Shown here one piece after another: positions 57,515 to 64,000 of a DNA stretch of 64,000 bases; position 1 is the first letter of the stretch, and every line of letters begins with the position of its first letter. Origin of the DNA: Candidatus Levybacteria bacterium RIFCSPLOWO2_01_FULL_38_21 (GTDB lineage Bacteria > Patescibacteriota > Microgenomatia > Levybacterales > UBA12049). The stretch lies in assembly GCA_001782475.1 (NCBI GenBank), contig MFOT01000014.1, positions 12,109 to 76,108 on the forward strand, in the 5' to 3' direction. Under the pieces are notes generated by a model. The model saw only the letters and a program-made list of their open reading frames with translations, was not told where the DNA came from and made no database searches. The position numbers and the translations under genes were made by a program.

Positions 57515-60500
57515 AGAAGGAAAGTCATTTTTTTTAAGTGTGGCCACGTTTTTAATCGGCTGGCCAATTTCCGCAATTGCCATTTTTTTTATTGGCAAAA
57601 TTATATTATCGCAATTCAATCTTGTTTCTCCATATATTAAAATACCAAGTATTCTTCCTTTAACAGGTGGGGTAATTTGCTTTATCTTGTTTTACTTCGG
57701 AAGAGCATTTCTCTTCAAAAAGCTCTTAGAAGAAAGGGGGCATAAGCTTGATTTTAAAGAAGTATCTTTTTTATGGGGTTTATCCGGACTTAAAAGATTT
57801 GCGCCCGGAAATATCTGGTCTTTTTTGGGAATGACATTATCCTTCTCAAAAAAGGGTGTTGATAGTAAGACTATTATCCCCTTATTTTTTACAGAAATAG
57901 GATTATTTATTATAGCAAGTCTACTCTTGTCTCTTTTTTCTATTCAATTTATCTTGCCTTACGTACTTTCCGTACACACATATTCAATTTTCATAATTCC
58001 TTTTATATCTTTTATTGTTATCTTAATTAGCCTAATTTTTGTATTTAATAAAATAGCTATCGGCAAATTAAAGGACGGGGGGGTAAAAAAAATTTTCCCC
58101 AGTTTTAATCCTTATACCAATTTTGTTCTTTTATCTATTACCGTCGGCTCATTATTTTTATTTGGCCTTGGAACATTTCTAACAATTGCATCAGTAGTCT
58201 ATCTACCTTTAAATTTTTTTCTCCCATTAATTGGTTTTTTTGTTTTTTCTCTTCTTCTAGGTTTCTTATCTTTTATAACACCTATGGGACTTGGGGTAAG
58301 AGAAGGAGTAATAGCAGTCGGGCTTTCTAAAATATTAACTCTTCAGCTTGCCGGATTTTCAGCTATCTTCGCAAGGATTGTTCTTATTTTATCTGAGATA
58401 ATCTTCATTTTATCCGCAAGCTTATGGAAAAAAATAAAAGATAGTAGATTTTTGAAAATAGAAAACTATATTAAGAATCATCTCCACGAGGTCATATTGC
58501 TTTTGATGATTACGCTTTACGCAGTATATTTCTCTCAGGCCAGCTTTTTAAGATATGACAATTTTTTTACTGGAAGATTTGATCTTGGAAACATGGATCA
58601 GGCAGTTTGGAATACTATTAATGGAAGAATTTTTAAAATAACGGACCCAAACGGAACAGACATAATCTCTCGACTTTCCTTTCATGCGGATTTTATACTC
58701 GTTTTTATATCGCCTCTTTACTTTATTTGGGCAAATCCTAAAATGCTACTTCTTCTTCAGTCAATCGCACTAGGACTTGGAGCTGTCTTTATCTACCTAA
58801 TTTCCAATAATCTTTTAAAGAACAAAAATATTTCTCTTGCATTTTCTTTAGCGTTCCTTTTAAATCCGTCTCTTCAATTTAGCAATTTATACGATTTTCA
58901 TCCTGTAACGCTTGCGACGACTCTTTTACTTGGTGCTTTTTATTTTTTAAAAAGGGAAAAGTATCTATGGATGCTAATCTTCTTGATTTTAGCATCTTTA
59001 TCTAAAGAACAAATATGGATAATTGCAGCTTTGTTTGGAGCCTATTTGTTTTTTATTGATAAAAAAAGGCTTATGGGAATTCTAATAACAGTCCTTCCGC
59101 TGGGTATTTTCTATTATTTAATTGCCAAAGCAATACCGGAAGCTCGAGGAGCTCAGCATTTTGCTCTTTCTTATTATTCTGATTTTGGAGAAAGTCCTCT
59201 TACTATTATTAGAAACATATTTCTCTCGCCTGGAAAAATAATCGGGATACTGCTTCAAGAAAAACAGCTTATTTATTTAACAAAAATATTTTCTCCATTG
59301 GGATTTTTGTCGCTTCTTTTCCCCCTAACTCTTATTTTTATTCTTCCGGATTTATTTATAAATCTACTAAGTAATAACTCTCAACTTAGAGAAATTTACT
59401 ACCAATATACCGCAACAATTACTCCTTTTATCTTTATATCAGCAATTTATGCTGTTGCGACCGTACAAAAGCGTTTTTCAAAAATATCATTTCGATTTTT
59501 TATGTGGTACATATTAATATCTGCTATTCTTGGTGCTTACTTTATTGGCCCTTTACCCGGTTCGAAAAATCCAAATATAAACATGTTTACAAAACAACTC
59601 CCTCAAAAAGAGACAATAGCAAACTTTTTAGATTCTATACCTCAAAAATTCAGTATTGCAGCAACCAACAATCTCGGATCTCATCTTTCTCATAGACAAA
59701 AAATCTACACAATACCTGTTGGAATTGATCAAGCGGATATAATTCTTTTTCTTTTAAATGACCCATTTGCCCAGCCTTCTTTAAAAGCACAAATTGAAAC
59801 AGCAGACAAGATGAAAGAAGACAAGAATTATATTCAGGTTTTTAAACAGGGTGACTTTATAGTTTTTGAAAAAAGAAATCTGTATCTTGAAGAACACGAG
59901 AAAAAAATAAAGCAAGTTAAGCTTTTCCCCTTGTCTATTCCATCGCTTGCTCACAGAGACTATAAAAAGGGGGAAATTAAAATAGAAAATAAAATAGAAA
60001 CTAATAAATCATTTACAAGCTATATTGCTTCTTACTTATCAGACGGACTTAAGGTTTATGCGCTTTTAAATATCCCAAACATACCCAAGCCTCAAAATGG
60101 TTTTCCGGTTATTATTGTAAACCACGGATATATAAATCCGAAAGGCTATAATACTGTTTCCTCTTATAAAAACATTACCGATTATTTTTCCAAAAATGGA
60201 TATTTGGTGTTAAAACCCGACTACCGAGGCAATGACAAGTCCGAAATCGATAATAAAGCCTTAATGCGCTTTGCGTATCCCATTGATGTAATGAATTTAA
60301 TCTCATCAATTTCTAGTATCAAAGAGGCGGACAGCAGTTCGGTCTACTTATGGGGACATTCCATGGGGGCAGAGGTAGCTTTGGAGGTACTTGAGATAAT
60401 AGGAAAAAACGAAGAGCTTTCAAAAAGTGTTAAAGCTGCTGTCTTGTGGGCGCCGGTAACAGACCCTCTAAGATGGTTTTCCAAACAAAACCTTCCAAGA

Positions 60501-60815
60501 CTTGAGGAGAGTGTAATCACTCCTTTTCCATACTCAAAAACTTTTCAGATCTTAGGAAAACCAGAAGACAACCCCAAGCTTTGGGAAAGCATCTCGCCTC
60601 TATCATATCTTGGGGATATAAAAGCTCCTGTACAAATCATTCATGGTACCGATGACAAAACCGTACCTTACCAATGGTCTATAGAGCTATTTAACGATCT
60701 TAAGAGTCTTTCGAAAAATACAAAGCTTAATCTTTATGATAATGCCGGGCATAATTTAAATCCCAAATGGGAGGAAGCTACAAGGGATTCTCTAATGTTC
60801 TTTAAGAGTTTTTAA
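57507..60815 (+). CDS. 1102-aa three-module membrane protein: MprF-type flippase-like TM domain + large GT-C/DUF2079-like polytopic domain + C-terminal alpha/beta-hydrolase (S9 peptidase-like)
   Basis: Residues ~1-310 form a polytopic domain with the GLGVREGV motif of the LPG-synthase-TM/UPF0104 family. Residues ~320-760 form a second polytopic block. Residues ~800-1102 are soluble, with a GHSMG nucleophile elbow, a downstream Asp (IHGTDDKTV) and a His (AGHNL). Confidence 0.6.
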   Translation: MNREGKSFFLSVATFLIGWPISAIAIFFIGKIILSQFNLVSPYIKIPSILPLTGGVICFILFYFGRAFLFKKLLEERGHKLDFKEVSFLWGLSGLKRFAPGNIWSFLGMTLSFSKKGVDSKTIIPLFFTEIGLFIIASLLLSLFSIQFILPYVLSVHTYSIFIIPFISFIVILISLIFVFNKIAIGKLKDGGVKKIFPSFNPYTNFVLLSITVGSLFLFGLGTFLTIASVVYLPLNFFLPLIGFFVFSLLLGFLSFITPMGLGVREGVIAVGLSKILTLQLAGFSAIFARIVLILSEIIFILSASLWKKIKDSRFLKIENYIKNHLHEVILLLMITLYAVYFSQASFLRYDNFFTGRFDLGNMDQAVWNTINGRIFKITDPNGTDIISRLSFHADFILVFISPLYFIWANPKMLLLLQSIALGLGAVFIYLISNNLLKNKNISLAFSLAFLLNPSLQFSNLYDFHPVTLATTLLLGAFYFLKREKYLWMLIFLILASLSKEQIWIIAALFGAYLFFIDKKRLMGILITVLPLGIFYYLIAKAIPEARGAQHFALSYYSDFGESPLTIIRNIFLSPGKIIGILLQEKQLIYLTKIFSPLGFLSLLFPLTLIFILPDLFINLLSNNSQLREIYYQYTATITPFIFISAIYAVATVQKRFSKISFRFFMWYILISAILGAYFIGPLPGSKNPNINMFTKQLPQKETIANFLDSIPQKFSIAATNNLGSHLSHRQKIYTIPVGIDQADIILFLLNDPFAQPSLKAQIETADKMKEDKNYIQVFKQGDFIVFEKRNLYLEEHEKKIKQVKLFPLSIPSLAHRDYKKGEIKIENKIETNKSFTSYIASYLSDGLKVYALLNIPNIPKPQNGFPVIIVNHGYINPKGYNTVSSYKNITDYFSKNGYLVLKPDYRGNDKSEIDNKALMRFAYPIDVMNLISSISSIKEADSSSVYLWGHSMGAEVALEVLEIIGKNEELSKSVKAAVLWAPVTDPLRWFSKQNLPRLEESVITPFPYSKTFQILGKPEDNPKLWESISPLSYLGDIKAPVQIIHGTDDKTVPYQWSIELFNDLKSLSKNTKLNLYDNAGHNLNPKWEEATRDSLMFFKSF

Positions 60816-60875
60816 AGGAGATTTTCTCAACTTAATCCTCTTGTCTTAAGTCTTGAAAAGTTCTACGATAGCAAT

Positions 60876-61688
60876 ATGGTTACTGTTGTTAAGGCAACGG
60901 GCGAGAAAGAACCATTCTCCGAAATTAAAGTGAGAAATTCTATAAGAAGAGCCGGAATTCCGCAGGAAATTCAGGAGCAAGTCTTAGTGCATATAAAAAC
61001 AAAGATTTACGAAGATATTCATACATCCGAAATCTATAAACACATTATTGAATTTCTTAAAACTTCTCCTCACCCATTTAATAAGACAAGATATACGCTC
61101 AAACAGGCAATAATGGACTTAGGTCCTACAGGATATCCTTTTGAGAACTATGTTTCGGAAATTCTAAAAAGCGAGGGATATCAAACTCAGGTAAGACAAA
61201 TTTTAGAAGGGGAGTGTGTTTCTCATGAAATAGATGTTATTGCTCAAAAAAACGACAAAAAGATTTTAATTGAGGCTAAATTTCATAATAGTCCGGGGAC
61301 AAGATCTGATATTCATGTTTCTTTATATACAAAGGCGCGTTTTGATGATTTAAAAGATAAGTATAATTTTACCCAAGGATGGATTGTTACAAATACAAAA
61401 GTGACTACAGATGGGGTAAAATATGCGCTTTGCAATGGAATGAAAATTATCGGATGGAATTATCCAGAAACAGGAAGCCTAAGGGATTTAGTCGAAAAAG
61501 CAAATCTTTATCCAATAACAGCTCTGCAGTCTCTTTCGCAATCACAAAAACAAAGTCTTCTTGATCAAGGAATAGTTTTGTGTAAAACTATTTGTCAAAA
61601 TCAGAATCTGTTGAGTCAGTTTGATATATCGGATCATAAAAAAAATAATCTTAAAGACGAACTAAACTTTGTCTGCAATATTAGTTAA
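60876..61688 (+). CDS. ATP-cone domain fused to a restriction-endonuclease-fold (Mrr-cat/PD-(D/E)xK-like) domain
   Basis: 270 aa; N-terminal VVKATGEKEPFSEIKVRNSIRRAG is the ATP-cone (NrdR/RNR-type) signature. The central EIDVIAQKNDKKILIEAKF matches the Mrr-like D...E-x-K core. Confidence 0.6.
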   Translation: MVTVVKATGEKEPFSEIKVRNSIRRAGIPQEIQEQVLVHIKTKIYEDIHTSEIYKHIIEFLKTSPHPFNKTRYTLKQAIMDLGPTGYPFENYVSEILKSEGYQTQVRQILEGECVSHEIDVIAQKNDKKILIEAKFHNSPGTRSDIHVSLYTKARFDDLKDKYNFTQGWIVTNTKVTTDGVKYALCNGMKIIGWNYPETGSLRDLVEKANLYPITALQSLSQSQKQSLLDQGIVLCKTICQNQNLLSQFDISDHKKNNLKDELNFVCNIS

Positions 61689-61697
61689 AACTTTTAA

Positions 61698-62981
61698 TTA
61701 CAATTTTGCTAATTTTGTCCTTTCATATTTATCTGCCATATAGCCGTTGGGGACTGTTGTAAGCTTATCTGAATGGAGAAGAAATCCATTTCGGATAGTA
61801 TGATCTCCGAATCGATTGTTAATCTTGTCGATTGCAGATAAAAGATTGTCATTTTTATAGCTTGCATCAAAAAGGGGAAGAGTTAGATTCTTGCTATCTT
61901 CAAGGCCTGAAACCCAAACACTAATTTGTCTTACATAAGAATCTTTTAAATTAAACATTTCTTTGTTTTCTTTAAAAAGAGAGTTAAATAGATTAAATAA
62001 ATCTTTGGAGTCATCAAAATAGAAATTATATGTTTTTCTCCCGTGTACATTAATATTTCCCCGCAACAAAAATCCTAAAGTCCTTGCCTTTTTATTAAGT
62101 CTTCTAAGTTTTATTGATATTTCTTCCCAGAGCTCATAAGTATTTTGCAAAATCTTTCTTTTATCATATTCGTTTTGGGGAAGACAGTAATTTCTTCCGA
62201 TTGATTTTACATCTGGTACTAAAGTATAGGGCATGATTCCTGAATCATCTTTCCCTTCCGAAATATTTCTGAGAAACTGAGCCTCCATTTTACCAAATTC
62301 GCAAACAAGTCTGTAATGGGGAACTTTTCGGATATCTAAAAGATTAAAAACTCCAAGTTTATTGAGTCTGTCTTTAATTCTTTCCCCGATTCCGCAAATA
62401 TCTGTAAGTTTTGCTTTTTTATAAACTGCATCCATATTTTGGTGAGTTATTTTAAACATACCATCTGGCTTATTAAGACCGGAGGCAAGCTTTGCTAAAA
62501 GTTTATTATAAGAAATGCCAAAAGAAGCTGTTATATATTCTCCTATTTCTTCTCTTATTCTTTTTTTGATTATTGATACGATTCCCCCCGCTCCGTTAAA
62601 AAGATGGGCAGTCGGTGTCATGTCTATGAAAACCTCATCGATTGAAAAAAGTTCGACAAAAGGTGAGTAATCTTTGCAAATATTGATAAACTTCTTGGAA
62701 ACTTTAAAGTATTTAACAAAATCCGCAGGAACAAGAATTAAATCAGGACAAATTTTAAAAGCCTCATAGGTTCTTGAACCTGTTCCGATGCCCAGTTTTT
62801 TAGCTTCTTTGCTACTTGCAATAATACAAGTCCTACCGTTTGTTGCAGTAACTCCTATAGGTTTACCCCGAAGTCTAGGATTATATTGCTGCTCAACGCT
62901 TGCAAAAAAAGAATCGAAGTCGATATGAAGAATAGCTTTATCCACTAGAAATAAAGTAGAACAAAATACGAAATAAATCAA
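61698..62981 (-). CDS. dinB: Y-family DNA polymerase (DinB/Pol IV-like)
   Basis: 427 aa; AILHIDFDSFFASVE (catalytic Asp plus the FFASVE motif), SIDEVFIDMT and the little-finger region. The true start may be a GTG a few codons into the track ORF. Confidence 0.85.
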   Translation of the reverse strand: MIYFVFCSTLFLVDKAILHIDFDSFFASVEQQYNPRLRGKPIGVTATNGRTCIIASSKEAKKLGIGTGSRTYEAFKICPDLILVPADFVKYFKVSKKFINICKDYSPFVELFSIDEVFIDMTPTAHLFNGAGGIVSIIKKRIREEIGEYITASFGISYNKLLAKLASGLNKPDGMFKITHQNMDAVYKKAKLTDICGIGERIKDRLNKLGVFNLLDIRKVPHYRLVCEFGKMEAQFLRNISEGKDDSGIMPYTLVPDVKSIGRNYCLPQNEYDKRKILQNTYELWEEISIKLRRLNKKARTLGFLLRGNINVHGRKTYNFYFDDSKDLFNLFNSLFKENKEMFNLKDSYVRQISVWVSGLEDSKNLTLPLFDASYKNDNLLSAIDKINNRFGDHTIRNGFLLHSDKLTTVPNGYMADKYERTKLAKL

Positions 62982-63009
62982 TACGACAAAGAAGAGCTTA
63001 CTGTGTCAA

Positions 63010-63951
63010 TTACAAACCGTAGGCTGAAAGAGGAGCGTTTCCTATGTGACTGCGGTGAAGAGTCATTATATAGGAATCGCACTGCAAAAACCCGGAAATT
63101 GTAGAAAACGCGCCAATAAAACCATCTTGTTGCAGTATCTGTATCGCACTAGGACTAAAAGAACCATATGGATAGGCAAAAATATTAATTGCCTGTCCGG
63201 TATTTTGCTCAAGCTGTTGTTTTGCTGTCTGTATTTCATACTGAATTTTATCCTGCGATCCTCGTCCTATAGCATAATGTGACCATGTATGACTTGTTAG
63301 GTAGACCAATCCACTTGCCTTCATCTCTTTTATCTGATCCCAAGAAAGAAAATTAGGGCTACCTACGAGTCCTGTTGCGACCATAAGATTTATTACAACA
63401 TTATATTTCCTAATAATCGGAAGAGCGTAGCTATAAGCATTTTCATACCCATCGTCCAGGGTAATCACAATGCTTTTTGGTGAAAGACCTGAATGATTTT
63501 TTAATGCATTTACAAGTTCTTCCGCAGTAATTGTATGATACCCATTTGACACAAGATATGCCATTTGCTGATCGAAAACTCTATTATCCACGCTTCCTGC
63601 GGTTTGACCTTTCTCAATCGCCACTGATTGAGGCTGTATACGATGATAGGTTAAAACTGGAACATTAAGACAGTAATGATTTTTAAGCGGTGTATTAATT
63701 TTTTCATCAACCTTAACGTTTTCTGTTATTTTTTCCTCAGGTATTCCTAGCGTTGGCGTTGAAGTAAGTGTAATTATATTTGAAGACAAGACCGGCGTAC
63801 AAAAAGACAAAGAATTGCAAACCATTGGGGAACTTTGATATCCGTAAGACATGGTCTTATGAATTATTTCTCCTTTTTTGACATTTCCAAAATACTCAAA
63901 AATAAATAAAAAAATAATTAAAACAGCAAGAAGCTGTATGCGTTTTATCAC
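63010..63951 (-). CDS. Polysaccharide deacetylase (CE4/NodB-homology) with N-terminal membrane anchor
   Basis: 313 aa; NodB motifs ITLDDGYENAY (TFDDG-like), HTWSHY (His-His) and an N-terminal TM helix. Only 28 nt separates it from dinB, so the two are probably co-transcribed. Confidence 0.8.
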   Translation of the reverse strand: MIKRIQLLAVLIIFLFIFEYFGNVKKGEIIHKTMSYGYQSSPMVCNSLSFCTPVLSSNIITLTSTPTLGIPEEKITENVKVDEKINTPLKNHYCLNVPVLTYHRIQPQSVAIEKGQTAGSVDNRVFDQQMAYLVSNGYHTITAEELVNALKNHSGLSPKSIVITLDDGYENAYSYALPIIRKYNVVINLMVATGLVGSPNFLSWDQIKEMKASGLVYLTSHTWSHYAIGRGSQDKIQYEIQTAKQQLEQNTGQAINIFAYPYGSFSPSAIQILQQDGFIGAFSTISGFLQCDSYIMTLHRSHIGNAPLSAYGL

Positions 63952-64000
63952 AGGGGAAATAATATCAAAATTTAATTTAAATGTAAATGACTATAAGCTT

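Overview
The window is AT-rich, gene-dense and streamlined, with frequent GTG/TTG starts, 4-nt gene overlaps and short proteins. The gene content points to a Candidate-Phyla-Radiation-like (Patescibacteria) bacterium. Supporting features are MurT/GatD, PolX, an archaeal-type PGI/PMI and IMPase/FBPase, a short UvrC and a type IV pilus cluster with a giant pilin. This lineage call is inference from gene content, not a database hit.

About 60 protein genes and six tRNAs are supported. They are listed below in window order.

- Positions 1-5433 (minus strand): a complete F1Fo ATP synthase operon in the order atpB-E-F-H-A-G-D, with atpD running off the window start.
- Positions 5487-11716 (minus strand): dnaE followed by gatB, gatA and gatC.
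- Positions 11788-13898: the murT/gatD lipid II amidation pair.
- Positions 13927-17191: htpX, lemA and polX.
- Positions 17301-18782: tRNA-Asp, a LysM protein, tRNA-Gly and def.
- Positions 18861-19640: an NYN-domain gene flanked by about 34-bp direct repeats.
- Positions 19647-21987: pyrG, rplS and yraN.
- Positions 21984-24749: uvrB and lexA, divergently transcribed.
- Positions 24750-26090: dedA and rsmI.
- Positions 26085-31258: a sugar-phosphate block of eno, PGI/PMI, IMPase, Nudix and a phosphohexomutase.
- Positions 31289-32960: a holA-like gene and two small hydrolase-like genes.
- Positions 33006-35316: cysS, tRNA-Lys(UUU), a membrane protein and tRNA-Glu.
- Positions 35376-42765: a type IV pilus locus with pilB, pilC, four prepilin-like genes (one of 629 aa), a PilM/N-like membrane protein and the major pilin.
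- Positions 42877-48883: uvrA, a secreted transglutaminase-like protein, and a short uvrC that overlaps it.
- Positions 48880-54036: an SBP5 lipoprotein, secG, yvcK, a DUF360 holin-like protein, rnhB and glgA.
- Positions 54166-54370: tRNA-Lys(CUU) and tRNA-Arg.
- Positions 54524-57514: a MacAB-like adaptor, ABC ATPase and FtsX permease.
- Positions 57507-60815: a 1102-aa three-domain membrane protein.
- Positions 60876-63951: an ATP-cone plus restriction-endonuclease-fold protein, dinB and a polysaccharide deacetylase.

The strongest candidates for something new are the giant prepilin-like protein with beta-propeller-type repeats (a possible built-in tip adhesin), the three-domain envelope protein, the repeat-flanked NYN cassette, and the ATP-cone nuclease next to the SOS genes.

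Coordinates for non-ORF features were counted by hand from the line labels and may be off by 1-2 nt. Near 19600-19690 my hand count disagreed with the supplied ORF track by 1 nt; I deferred to the track.
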